The notes beneath the pieces were generated by a model. The model was not told where the DNA came from. It was given only the letters and a program-made list of their open reading frames with translations, and did no database searches. From positions 448,875-512,874 of the forward strand of contig CAWJAS010000001.1 in the NCBI GenBank assembly GCA_963840935.1: a stretch of 64,000 nt of DNA. The letters run 5' to 3'. Below are positions 18,327-27,955 of the stretch, piece by piece. Within the stretch, counting starts at the first letter, position 1, and each line of letters starts with the position of its first letter. Source of the stretch: Candidatus Magasanikiibacteriota bacterium (GTDB lineage: Bacteria; Patescibacteriota; Patescibacteriia; Magasanikbacterales; GWA2-37-8). The translations under genes were made by a program, and so were the position numbers.

Positions 18327-20240
18327 ATGAATCAATACTATCGCAATTCATGTAAAAAATCAATTCTTGGCGTTTGCGCGTTTATTTTTTCGCTTTTTTT
18401 ACCATTCAAGGCTTATGGTATTGTCCCTAACGACCCGGGGTTTATTCAGCAAAAAAGCACTTGGGATCAAATATATGCGCCGTCGGCTTGGGAGATTTCA
18501 ACAGGCACGAAAGATATCGTGGTTGCCATAATTGACACTTCGATAGATATTCGACACCCGGATTTATCTGACAATATTTGGATTAATAAAAAAGAAATAG
18601 ATGGTAATGGTATTGATGACGACGGCAATGGTTATGTGGATGATATTAATGGTTGGAATTTTGTTGATAATAATCCCTATTTATTTGATTATGAGAGCGA
18701 CGCGTTTGATTATGCCGATAATTATAGCGTTTATACTCATGGAACAATTGTCGCCGGCTTGATAGGGGCCGTAGCTGAAAATGGTAAGGCGGGGACGGGT
18801 ATTAATTGGAAAGTCAATCTGATGCCCCTGAAGGCCTTTGATGTTTTTGGTTCAGGAACTTATCTTGATATTGAGCGGGCCGTTGATTATGCCATTGATA
18901 ATGGGGCGGATATAATTAATATCAGTTTTGTCGGAGATCTTAATGAACCATCTTTAAAAACAAAGCTTAGGACCGCTTACGAAAACGGGGTTTTGACTAT
19001 TGTGGCGGCTGGAAATAATAATTTGATTGGACGTGGTGATATGGATATCGAGCCAATGTACCCGGCTTGCTTTGATAAAATGGAAGAAAATTGGATTTTG
19101 GGGGTGACTTCGGTTGATGTTTCGGACAAGCTCAGTATTTTTTCAAATTACGGCAGTTGCGTCGACATCACAGCTCCCGGCGAATTGATTTATAGCTCAA
19201 TAATAAAAAGTAAAAATGGCAATAATCAATATTTTGGCGGTCCATGGTACGGGACTTCATTTTCTACTCCCTTAATAACGGGAGCCGTCGCTTTAATTAA
19301 ATCAATTAACCCTCATTTAACGCCTTCGCAGATAATCTATATTTTGTTATCAACAGCAGATGATATTGAAGCTCATAATCCGGATTTTGTCGGTAGAATA
19401 GGATATGGAAGGCTGAATTTATACAAAGCATTGGCAAAAGCGTCATCCGAAAAATATTTATATAATCTGCCCGGAAGAATTTGTAGGGTGTCTAATGGCT
19501 ATAAAGTTGTGTGCAGTGAATCGGCGGAGATGTCTCGCGATTTGGTTGTGGCTAATTTTGGAGAAAAAATAATTTCGCTTGACGCTTTTGATAAAGAACG
19601 AATCGCAATTTTATTTTCCACAAAAGTAAAAATAATTTTTGGAGACGGCGGATATGAAAAAAATATCGCTTTAGATAAATTATATTCATATAAAAAAATA
19701 TCTTTTTTTGACTTAGACGGGAAACCAGCTGTGGCGGTTTTTGGGAGCCGTAATATTTATGAACATGTAATTTATTTTTTTGACATGGCTGGAAATGAAA
19801 TCAAAAAAATTAATTTTTCGGATAATTCGCCGCTTTCTTTTTCGCTGGTTGAGGATAATTCATTTGCCACAATAAAAAACGAAGGCCAAAGAATCGTTGT
19901 ATCTAATTTTAATTCCTCGGGAAAATTTATATCAAAAAAAATTGGTCCACCGGCTGTTTTTTCGGGCGACGTGATAAGTGGTCGGTTTTGGGGCGAAGGG
20001 TACCAATTGGCGTTTGTGGCAAATCAAAACGGGAGTCCTTCGTTGTGTGTTTTTGATTTGGATACCGGAAGTTTTTATGTGGATAAAATTAACGCCTTAT
20101 CAAGCAGATTGCTAAGCATTAAATTGGGTTTAGATAATAATAAGTCCGCGATTATGAATTACAACCCGGAAAGTGGTAAGTATCAGGTTTTTGACGGGAA
20201 AGGCGTTATTTTGGGCCAAGGGAGCCGGTCTAACGAATAA
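18327..20240 (+). CDS. Secreted subtilisin-like serine protease (S8 family) with a large C-terminal extension
   Basis: Signal peptide. D/H/S catalytic motifs (VVAIIDTSID, HGTIVAG, GTSFSTPLITG). Confidence 0.85.
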   Translation: MNQYYRNSCKKSILGVCAFIFSLFLPFKAYGIVPNDPGFIQQKSTWDQIYAPSAWEISTGTKDIVVAIIDTSIDIRHPDLSDNIWINKKEIDGNGIDDDGNGYVDDINGWNFVDNNPYLFDYESDAFDYADNYSVYTHGTIVAGLIGAVAENGKAGTGINWKVNLMPLKAFDVFGSGTYLDIERAVDYAIDNGADIINISFVGDLNEPSLKTKLRTAYENGVLTIVAAGNNNLIGRGDMDIEPMYPACFDKMEENWILGVTSVDVSDKLSIFSNYGSCVDITAPGELIYSSIIKSKNGNNQYFGGPWYGTSFSTPLITGAVALIKSINPHLTPSQIIYILLSTADDIEAHNPDFVGRIGYGRLNLYKALAKASSEKYLYNLPGRICRVSNGYKVVCSESAEMSRDLVVANFGEKIISLDAFDKERIAILFSTKVKIIFGDGGYEKNIALDKLYSYKKISFFDLDGKPAVAVFGSRNIYEHVIYFFDMAGNEIKKINFSDNSPLSFSLVEDNSFATIKNEGQRIVVSNFNSSGKFISKKIGPPAVFSGDVISGRFWGEGYQLAFVANQNGSPSLCVFDLDTGSFYVDKINALSSRLLSIKLGLDNNKSAIMNYNPESGKYQVFDGKGVILGQGSRSNE

Positions 20241-20252
20241 TTGTTTAGTCTC

Positions 20253-20281
20253 TTGCTTAACGACCCATTTTTTGTTAAAAT
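20253..20281 (+). promoter_or_regulatory. Sigma70-like promoter TTGCTT-17-TAAAAT upstream of the epimerase gene
   Basis: Hexamers and spacing read directly from the sequence. Confidence 0.4.
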
Positions 20282-20311
20282 ATGTATGATTTTTGATTAA
20301 TAATAATTTTT

Positions 20312-21334
20312 ATGGACACGCCAATTTTTGAGAAAAAAAATGTTTTAGTAACGGGTGGAGCCGGTTTTATCGGTTCACATTTATGCGAGCGCTTGTTAAA
20401 AGAGGCAAAAGTGATTTGTCTTGATGATTTTTCAAATTCCGACCCGACTAACATAAATCATCTTTTGCAATATCCTGATTTTGAATTTATTAATCATGAT
20501 ATTACTAAGCCGTTTGACCCCGATGAATTTGACGAGCTTGATAAGTTCAAAGTCAAATTTCAGGGAATTCAAGAAATCTATCATTTGGCTTGCCCGACCA
20601 GTCCCAAAGATTTTGAAAGTTTAAAAATGAGAACTTTGGCTGCAAACTCCATTGCCATGTTTAATACTCTTGATTTAGCGATAAAGTACAAAGCAAAGTA
20701 TGTTTTTGGGTCTAGTTCGGTTGTATACGGCGATGTTCGCGATGACAATCCGTTATTTAAAGAATCTGACTATGGAATTGTTGATCACTTGTCTGAAAGA
20801 GGCTGTTACGACGAAGGTAAAAAGTTTGGCGAAACTTGCGTTGAAACATATCGGCAGGTTTATGGTGTTGATGCAAAAATTGCCAGAATTTTCACAACAT
20901 ACGGACCACGAATGCGATTATTCCAGGGTTTATTGATTCCTGATTTTATTTTGAGCGCCATTGCCGGTGAAAATTTGGTTATTTACGGGGATGAAAGTTT
21001 TTCCACGTCATTGTGCTATGTGGATGATATGATAAGCGGGTTAATAAAATTTATGGCGACCGGGCCTGAAACAAGAATAATAAATTTAGGCGATGACAAA
21101 ATTCACAGGATTGTGGATGTGGCAAAAATGATTATTGAAAAAACTAGCTCCAGTTCTTCTATTTCATTTGAAGAAGATTTAAAATTTTTAACCAAAAAAG
21201 GCGGAGCTGATTTGAGCTTTGTTAAAGACGCTCTGGGCTGGATGCCTTTGACCCGCTTGGAAGATGGATTGGATAAAACAATTGAGTATGTTATCGCCAA
21301 CAAGGAAACATTACTTTTTAATCATCGTTCGTAA
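20312..21334 (+). CDS. NAD-dependent sugar-nucleotide epimerase/dehydratase, UDP-glucuronate decarboxylase (UXS)-like
   Basis: GGAGFIGSH Rossmann motif and the YxxxK catalytic region (YDEGKKFGE). Best resemblance is to UDP-xylose synthases. Confidence 0.75.
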   Translation: MDTPIFEKKNVLVTGGAGFIGSHLCERLLKEAKVICLDDFSNSDPTNINHLLQYPDFEFINHDITKPFDPDEFDELDKFKVKFQGIQEIYHLACPTSPKDFESLKMRTLAANSIAMFNTLDLAIKYKAKYVFGSSSVVYGDVRDDNPLFKESDYGIVDHLSERGCYDEGKKFGETCVETYRQVYGVDAKIARIFTTYGPRMRLFQGLLIPDFILSAIAGENLVIYGDESFSTSLCYVDDMISGLIKFMATGPETRIINLGDDKIHRIVDVAKMIIEKTSSSSSISFEEDLKFLTKKGGADLSFVKDALGWMPLTRLEDGLDKTIEYVIANKETLLFNHRS

Positions 21335-21346
21335 TTTCTAATTATC

Positions 21347-22009
21347 ATGTTGGCTGTTATAATACCGGCATATAATGAGGAAAAAAAAATAGGTCGCGTA
21401 TTGCGCGACCTTTTTGAACATGGTTATAAAAAAATTATTGTTGTTGATGATGGTTCAAGAGACGACACCGGTAAAATTGCGCAGGAAGAAGGGGCTGTGG
21501 TTATAACCCATGAGCTTAACAGGGGGCAAGGGGCGGCGCTTCAAACCGGAGATGATTATGCTGTTTTGACCGGTATTCAAACGGTGGTTCATTTTGATGC
21601 TGACGGCCAATTTGATGTTCGTGATATAAGCTATGCTCTTTCTATGCTCCAAGAAGGGGGGTATGACGCTATATTGGGCTCGCGCTTTATGGATAGGCGT
21701 TCAAGCGTGCCATTTTCAAAAAAGATGATAATTTTTCCAATCGCCAGATTAATTAATTTTTTATTAACCGGAATTTGGTTGACTGACGCGCATAACGGTT
21801 TTAGAATATTATCATCAAACGCCCTTAAAAAAATAAAAATCAAGCAAGATGGGATGGCGCATAATACCGAAATTGTTCGCCTTTTGAAAAAGAATAATCT
21901 AAAATTTTGTGAATGTCCGGTCAAGGTTACTTATCATGAATACGGCCAGAATTTATTCGGTGGCTTAAAAATATTATCGGATTTAATTAAATCAAAATTA
22001 TTTAATTAG
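21347..22009 (+). CDS. GT2-family glycosyltransferase (polyprenyl-phosphate glycosyl/mannosyl synthase-like)
   Basis: IIPAYNEE...VVDDGSRDDT...GQGAALQTG, a GT-A fold with the DxD-equivalent motif. Confidence 0.8.
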   Translation: MLAVIIPAYNEEKKIGRVLRDLFEHGYKKIIVVDDGSRDDTGKIAQEEGAVVITHELNRGQGAALQTGDDYAVLTGIQTVVHFDADGQFDVRDISYALSMLQEGGYDAILGSRFMDRRSSVPFSKKMIIFPIARLINFLLTGIWLTDAHNGFRILSSNALKKIKIKQDGMAHNTEIVRLLKKNNLKFCECPVKVTYHEYGQNLFGGLKILSDLIKSKLFN

Positions 22010-22013
22010 CATT

Positions 22014-22349
22014 ATGACTATTATCCAAATTTTATTACTAACCTTTTTTCTTTTTGCGGTAATAATAGCTTTTTTTCGGTTTAGAAGCAGTGATATAAAA
22101 TTTTTAACATTTTTATATTGGCTATCTTTCTGGCTGGTAGCTTCCGCAATTGTGGCGGTGCCGGATGCCACTTTTTATTTTGCGAACAAATTGGGGATAG
22201 GTCGAGGTTCTGATTTGATTGTCTATGTTTCTTTAGTTATAATTTTCTTTTTAATTTTTAGAATTATGGCTACAACCGAAAAACAAAAAAGAGAAATTAC
22301 CGAACTAACAAGAATTATCGCTTTAAAAAATAAAGATATTAACATATGA
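22014..22349 (+). CDS. Small 3-TM membrane protein, DUF2304-like partner of the GT2
   Basis: Size, topology and position directly after a DPM-synthase-like GT2. Confidence 0.45.
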   Translation: MTIIQILLLTFFLFAVIIAFFRFRSSDIKFLTFLYWLSFWLVASAIVAVPDATFYFANKLGIGRGSDLIVYVSLVIIFFLIFRIMATTEKQKREITELTRIIALKNKDINI

Positions 22350-23263
22350 GCGGAAGTAATCATGAAATAATTTTTCACGGTTCGCCGGACTCGCTTAGGA
22401 TGTATGCTAATAGCGCGTCACTTGAAAAAAGCAAAATTAATATTGTCGAATTGAAAGAAGAGGTTGACGCGGGAGAAAGCGAGCAAAGTATGTTGGCTCG
22501 TGAAAAGCAAGATAAATTGTTGTCTGATTTGAATGTTGCGTTTGAAGGTTTTTTTAACGGTATAAATTTGCCGGCTGAAGAAGTGCGTCCGGAGAATATG
22601 CATGTTATTCATGAGAAAAAATTTGAAAATGTAAAAAAAAGAGCCGGATCGCATGAATTATTAGGTGCTTTTGTGTATAACGGCGAAATATATATAAAAA
22701 ATGGCAATCCGAATGATATTATGCATGATTTATCTCATGCCATGATGCATACATTTTCAGGGTCAAAAAAATTGGTTAATGTTGAGGCGGAAGAGGGAAC
22801 GCCGTATTTATTTGTTTCCGAATGTAATTTAAAGTCAGGTTTTGAGCTGTCTAACGATAAAGGAAAAATATTAGGAAGGGGATTGAACGAAGCAATAACT
22901 GAAATTGGAGCTACAATGGCAAAGGCCTCCTATTTAGACAAAATCGGCCAAGACGCAAGTGTTATAAGGGAAATAAATTATTTACCCCAAGTATTTGTTC
23001 TCCAGGACTTGGCTGAAATAATGAATCCGGAAAATGTTGAAGAGGCATATGCCGAGTTTTTTAAAGGTTATATTGACAACAGTTCGCGTATTTGGAAATT
23101 ATTAAGTAAAACTTTTAAAGAGCATGGTATTGAGGACGGGCTAAAGAGCCTATTAAAAATGGATTTATCGGTGAATTCCGCGATCGAAACAGCAAAAAAA
23201 TTGGGTTTTACAAGAGCATTGGATAAAATTAAGCAGATTCAGAAGTCGGGATTAAAAAAATAA
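22346..23263 (+). CDS. Uncharacterized soluble protein (305 aa); no recognizable domain; contains HDLSHAMMH
   Basis: ORF translationally coupled to its neighbours. No TM or signal peptide. Confidence 0.35.
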   Translation: MSGSNHEIIFHGSPDSLRMYANSASLEKSKINIVELKEEVDAGESEQSMLAREKQDKLLSDLNVAFEGFFNGINLPAEEVRPENMHVIHEKKFENVKKRAGSHELLGAFVYNGEIYIKNGNPNDIMHDLSHAMMHTFSGSKKLVNVEAEEGTPYLFVSECNLKSGFELSNDKGKILGRGLNEAITEIGATMAKASYLDKIGQDASVIREINYLPQVFVLQDLAEIMNPENVEEAYAEFFKGYIDNSSRIWKLLSKTFKEHGIEDGLKSLLKMDLSVNSAIETAKKLGFTRALDKIKQIQKSGLKK

Positions 23264-23269
23264 AAAAAT

Positions 23270-24145
23270 ATGTCTCCAGATAAATACAGTGCCATTTGGG
23301 TTTCTCATAGTTCAATAAATGATTTTTTGACTTGCCCCCGGTCTTATTATTTAAAAAATGTTTACAGAGACCCGAAGACCCATCAGAAAATAAAATTAAT
23401 CAGTCCGGCATTGGCACTTGGTCAAATAGCTCATGAAGTATTAGAATCATTATCTGGCTTGCCAAAGAATCAGCGCTTATCGGAATCGTTAGTTGAAAAG
23501 TTTAACAAGGCTTGGAATAAGGTTTCCGGTAAAAAGGGTGGATTTGAGAATAGCGATATTGAATACCGGTACAAAATAAGAGGAGAAGAAATGATGCGAA
23601 AAATAATGTCAAATCCGGGACCTATTGCTGAATTATCGGTTAAAATAGATATGGATCTTCCTTTTTTTTGGTTGTCGGAAGAAGAAAATCTTATTTTGTG
23701 CGGGAAGATTGATTGGTTGCAATATTTGCCGGAAACCGATAGCGTGCACATAATTGATTTTAAAACCGGTCGAGTAGAAGAATCTGCCGAATCATTGCAA
23801 TTGCCGATTTATCGTTTGCTTGTAAATTATTGTCAAAAAAGACCGGCGAGCAAAGCCAGTTATTGGTATTTGGATCGCGAAGAAAATGGGTTGGTCGAAA
23901 AACAATTGCCGGATTTGGCGGGGGCAAAAGATAAAGTATTGGATATTGCCAGAAAAATAAAAATGGCAAGGCAGATTGATCGTTTTAAATGTCCTAATGG
24001 CGATGAAGGATGTTTTGCTTGCCGACCGTTTGAAACGATTATCCAAGGAGGAGCCGAATTGGTTGGCCAAGATGATTATGGTGCTCACGTATATGTGATT
24101 AGCGGAGGTCTTCAGGATGAAAATCGAGAAGGAATTGTTTTGTAA
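23270..24145 (+). CDS. PD-(D/E)XK nuclease, Cas4/RecB-like with a four-cysteine Fe-S cluster motif
   Basis: N-terminal CPRSYYL; catalytic D ... IIDFKTG (the DYK-T motif); C-terminal CPNGDEGCFAC (C-x6-C-x2-C). Confidence 0.7.
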   Translation: MSPDKYSAIWVSHSSINDFLTCPRSYYLKNVYRDPKTHQKIKLISPALALGQIAHEVLESLSGLPKNQRLSESLVEKFNKAWNKVSGKKGGFENSDIEYRYKIRGEEMMRKIMSNPGPIAELSVKIDMDLPFFWLSEEENLILCGKIDWLQYLPETDSVHIIDFKTGRVEESAESLQLPIYRLLVNYCQKRPASKASYWYLDREENGLVEKQLPDLAGAKDKVLDIARKIKMARQIDRFKCPNGDEGCFACRPFETIIQGGAELVGQDDYGAHVYVISGGLQDENREGIVL

Positions 24146-24156
24146 TTTTTTATAAA

Positions 24157-25284
24157 ATGAAAATAGCGCATTTAGTCTCTACTTTTCCACCGCACATAGG
24201 AGGTATGGGCGTTGTTTGCGCTGAAGAAGTATCACGCCAGGTTGCTGTTAATCCGGTTACAGTTTTAACATTGTCGTATCCGGGCAATGAATATAGTGAT
24301 GATAAATTTATGCCTTTTGACATTAAAAGGTTAAAACCCGTAATAAAATGCGGTGACGCGGGTTGGATTATAAATTTGGAAAAACACCTTAAAGGCGTCG
24401 ATATTGTTCATTTGCATTATCCTTTCTACGGCGCGCTTGGTTCGTTAAAAAAATGTAAAAAATTATATGGTTTTTCTTTGGTAATAACTTATCACATGGA
24501 CCCGCAAAGCAAGGGGATTAAAAAATTTTTTCAGAACATTTATGACATTTTTTATTCAAAAAAAATATTTGAATTGGCCGACAAAGTTTTAGCCGTTGAT
24601 TTGGATCATTTTTTACAATCTAAATTCGGCCGTTTTATCGGTAAAGAGAAATTCGCATTATTAAATAACGGCGTTGATTCAAAAATTTTTTCCTCGGGCG
24701 GTTTGGCCGAGTGGCCGGCCATTTCACCAAAGCGTGATTTGCTAAAAAATAAAAAAACTATTTTATTTGTCGGTAATTTTTTGGCGGTAAAAAATACGAA
24801 TGTAATTATTGATGCTTTGCCTATGGTTCAAAAGGATGTTATGTTTGCCATTGTCGGCGGGGGTTATGACGAGAAGAAGTTAATAAAAAAAATAGAGAAA
24901 ATGAATTTGCAAAATCGCATCGTGTTTTTGGGAAATAAAATGTCGCGTGTTCAGTTGGCCGAATGTTACAGGGCGGCCGATATTGTTGTGGTGCCTTCAT
25001 TATCAGAATCTTTTTCGCTCGTCGCTCTTGAAGCGATGTCGTGCGGAGCGATTGTGGTTTCGAGCGATTCCCCGGGCATGGAAAACAGAATTAAGAACGG
25101 AGTAAACGGATATATTATTAAAGACAACAGCGCCAAAGAATGGGCGAAACAAATCGAGGAAATTTTTAATTATGATATGCAGTCAAAAATTGAAATAAAA
25201 AAAAGGGCTCGAGAAACTGCTGTGGAATTTGATTGGCAAAAACATTGTAATATTTTGAACGGTATTTATCGCACAGTAATATAA
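24157..25284 (+). CDS. GT4-family glycosyltransferase (GT-B fold)
   Basis: C-terminal Glycos_transf_1 motif (ADIVVVPSLSESFSLVALEAMSCGAIVV). Confidence 0.85.
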   Translation: MKIAHLVSTFPPHIGGMGVVCAEEVSRQVAVNPVTVLTLSYPGNEYSDDKFMPFDIKRLKPVIKCGDAGWIINLEKHLKGVDIVHLHYPFYGALGSLKKCKKLYGFSLVITYHMDPQSKGIKKFFQNIYDIFYSKKIFELADKVLAVDLDHFLQSKFGRFIGKEKFALLNNGVDSKIFSSGGLAEWPAISPKRDLLKNKKTILFVGNFLAVKNTNVIIDALPMVQKDVMFAIVGGGYDEKKLIKKIEKMNLQNRIVFLGNKMSRVQLAECYRAADIVVVPSLSESFSLVALEAMSCGAIVVSSDSPGMENRIKNGVNGYIIKDNSAKEWAKQIEEIFNYDMQSKIEIKKRARETAVEFDWQKHCNILNGIYRTVI

Positions 25285-25286
25285 TT

Positions 25287-26102
25287 ATGAATTTTGATTA
25301 TAATAAATGTATTTGGGGTAAAAACACGGCCACATTAAAATGTTCCAATTCCTCGTCTATAAGGTTAAAAAGAGTTATTCAAATGGCCGTTGAATTGCCG
25401 GCCGGATCGAAAATTTTGGAAGTCGGTTGTGGTGGTGGTGCTTTTATTCGTGCTATTTCCATTCTTAGACCTGATTTGTGTTGTTTTGGGTGCGATATTA
25501 GCAGTACGGCCATACAACAAGCGCAAAATGTCTCTAATTCTATTGATTACGCTGTTTGCGGTGAAAAAACTCTACCTTATGATGAAAATACTTATGATGC
25601 GGTATTCATCATAGACGTGCTCGAACATGTTTTTGAACCTGAAAATTTAGTAAAAGAAATATACCGAATTATTAAGCCCGGAGGGCTATATTTTTCTTTT
25701 GTTCCTTGTGAAAATGACGGAACTTCGCTTTGGAAATATTTGGATATGTTTGGATTGAAGAAAGATGTAACAAAAAAGCATGCCGGTCATATAAATTATT
25801 TTTCCAGAAAAGAGTTATTTGATTTGTATGGGAGAATAAAATTTAATATTAAAAAAATTTCCTATTCAGAACATTTTTTTGGGCAAATACTCGGGGTTTT
25901 TTCTTTTTTCGCCATGGAAAAATTTGCCAAAAAAAATCATTTGTCACAGGTGAATAATGAAATATTTTTTGACGCCATTAATTCGAAGAAAAAAGGATGG
26001 CGCAATTTTTTTCGAACACTAGTTAACTCTTTGATTTATTTGGAATCATCATTATTTTATTACCTTCCTTCGCCTAATGTTTTTATAATTGCCATAAAAT
26101 AA
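25287..26102 (+). CDS. Class I SAM-dependent methyltransferase
   Basis: ILEVGCGGG (motif I) and DAVFIIDVLEH...KPGG (motif post-II). Confidence 0.75.
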   Translation: MNFDYNKCIWGKNTATLKCSNSSSIRLKRVIQMAVELPAGSKILEVGCGGGAFIRAISILRPDLCCFGCDISSTAIQQAQNVSNSIDYAVCGEKTLPYDENTYDAVFIIDVLEHVFEPENLVKEIYRIIKPGGLYFSFVPCENDGTSLWKYLDMFGLKKDVTKKHAGHINYFSRKELFDLYGRIKFNIKKISYSEHFFGQILGVFSFFAMEKFAKKNHLSQVNNEIFFDAINSKKKGWRNFFRTLVNSLIYLESSLFYYLPSPNVFIIAIK

Positions 26103-26103
26103 C

Positions 26104-26736
26104 ATGAAAATACTGCACATAATTCCCTCAGCGTTTGATTATTTTAATGACATCAAAGAAAAAGCAATGTCACTGGCTGAAAAACAAAAAGAACTCGGTT
26201 TTTCGGTTGAAGCTTTTACAGTACAATATCACGGGTTAACCCCCAAACAAGCGGCGGAAAGTTCTTTGCAAGCGCCGCTTTTGCATTTTAGCGGAGTTTA
26301 TAACACTGAAGAAGTAATTTCTGAATTATCTGATTTTGATATTATTCATTTTCATGCGCCATTTTTGGGAATAGTAGGAAAAATTTGCGGTTTGTTAAAA
26401 AGCAAGGCGAACAAAAGTAAAATTGTTATTAGTTATTGGCGTAATCCTATAATTAATGATTTATTTTCCGTTTATATTTATTTATATAATCGTTTCTATA
26501 TTCCCAGGCTATCTGCATTGTCTGACGCTCAAATGTTCATGGGAGCCGACGGTTCTCGCATGGCTGATATTAAAAAATGGATCAAAAATGTGAATAATAT
26601 TACTGATTTTGGCGACGAACAGGCTGTAAATAATAATATCCCCTTGACACCTGACGGTAATAGGATAAAATTAGACATAAGAAATAAGGAGGCGATTATC
26701 TGCTTATCAGTTTATAATAACTTAATAAATAATTAA
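26104..26736 (+). CDS. Hypothetical protein resembling the isolated N-terminal domain of a GT4 glycosyltransferase
   Basis: MKILHI...DIIHFH pattern typical of Glyco_trans_4-like N domains. No C-terminal catalytic domain. Confidence 0.35.
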   Translation: MKILHIIPSAFDYFNDIKEKAMSLAEKQKELGFSVEAFTVQYHGLTPKQAAESSLQAPLLHFSGVYNTEEVISELSDFDIIHFHAPFLGIVGKICGLLKSKANKSKIVISYWRNPIINDLFSVYIYLYNRFYIPRLSALSDAQMFMGADGSRMADIKKWIKNVNNITDFGDEQAVNNNIPLTPDGNRIKLDIRNKEAIICLSVYNNLINN

Positions 26737-26747
26737 TTAATATTTTT

Positions 26748-27578
26748 ATGGATCACGCAGAAAAAAAGAAGTTTTTTGAGTTATTGGAGCCAAAAAGCGC
26801 ATTGTTAGTGGGTTTGATAACAGGTTTTTTAGCGATTTGCACCATTGGTTTTATTGTTTTGAGCGCCTTGGCATTGTCTGGAGGAATAAATTGTTCCGCC
26901 AAAGCCGTGAAGGACGCTAAATTGGCTGTTGATGGTGCGGGGCAAATGGCTACACCCGAAGTTCCAAAAAGCGATAAACCTGACGTTGAATTATTTGTGA
27001 TGTCGTATTGTCCTTATGGTTTACAGATGCAAAAGGCTTATTATCCGGTTTTAGAGTTATTGGGCAAGTCGGCAAATTTTGAAGTAAAATTTGTTGATTA
27101 TATTATGCACGATAAAGTTGAGATTGATGAAAATACGAGACAATATTGCATCCAAAAAGAACAATCGGCAAAATATTTGGCATACATAAAATGTTTTACC
27201 GCAAAAGATGACTCGAAAGGTTGCCTTAAGGAAGCCGGTATAAATGAAAGCCAAGTTAATAAATGCATAACCGGCGCCGATAAGGAATTTGGAATTACGG
27301 CAAAGTACGAAGATGAATCAAGTTGGTTAAGCGGAGTTTATCCGATTTATCCGGTGCATAGTGATTTGAATGAAAAATATGGAGTTGCCGGCTCACCAAC
27401 GCTTGTAATTAACGGTGTTCAGGTTGATATTTCAAGAAGTCCGGAAGCTGTTAAACAAGCAGTCTGCGCGGCTTTCAACAACGCGCCTGGCGAGTGCGAG
27501 ACTCAACTTAGTACTCAAAGCGCTTCACCAAGCTTTGGAACGGCTGTGGGTGCAAATACAGATGCAAGTTGCGGTTAA
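26748..27578 (+). CDS. Membrane-anchored thioredoxin-fold thiol-disulfide oxidoreductase (DsbA-like)
   Basis: N-terminal TM segment. CPYG active-site motif. Downstream GSPTLVING typical of DsbA-family proteins. Confidence 0.6.
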   Translation: MDHAEKKKFFELLEPKSALLVGLITGFLAICTIGFIVLSALALSGGINCSAKAVKDAKLAVDGAGQMATPEVPKSDKPDVELFVMSYCPYGLQMQKAYYPVLELLGKSANFEVKFVDYIMHDKVEIDENTRQYCIQKEQSAKYLAYIKCFTAKDDSKGCLKEAGINESQVNKCITGADKEFGITAKYEDESSWLSGVYPIYPVHSDLNEKYGVAGSPTLVINGVQVDISRSPEAVKQAVCAAFNNAPGECETQLSTQSASPSFGTAVGANTDASCG

Positions 27579-27602
27579 CAAATAATCTATTAATATATTA
27601 AT

Positions 27603-27911
27603 ATGGGAAGATTTAAAAAAGGTTTAGTGGTTGGTGGTTTATTGGGAGCCGGACTTATGTGGCTTAATGCCACTGTAAAAGGCAAAGAATATAGAGCAAA
27701 AATATTAGCCCATCTGGACCCTTTGTATAATGAACTGAAAGAAAGTATAAAAAAACTTGAAGGGCCGACCAAAGAAATGTGGGACGCTTTGGTGGAGAGA
27801 GCGGTTGAAGAATATGGAGCAAAAAAGGAGTTGGCGATGGATATTAAGAATAACCTTATTAAAGAATTGCAAAAAAAATGGGAAAATCTGGAGAGCGAAA
27901 TTAGAAAATAA
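27603..27911 (+). CDS. Small membrane-anchored coiled-coil protein (YtxH-like)
   Basis: Gly-rich N-terminal TM segment, then a charged helical region. Confidence 0.35.
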   Translation: MGRFKKGLVVGGLLGAGLMWLNATVKGKEYRAKILAHLDPLYNELKESIKKLEGPTKEMWDALVERAVEEYGAKKELAMDIKNNLIKELQKKWENLESEIRK

Positions 27912-27922
27912 AATTACAAATT

Positions 27923-27955
27923 AAAAAACAACCTCTGTTATTAAAGGTTGTTTTT
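27923..27955. terminator. Bidirectional rho-independent terminator (AAAAACAACCT-loop-AGGTTGTTTTTT)
   Basis: Perfect stem with an A-run and a T-run, lying between convergent genes. Confidence 0.75.
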
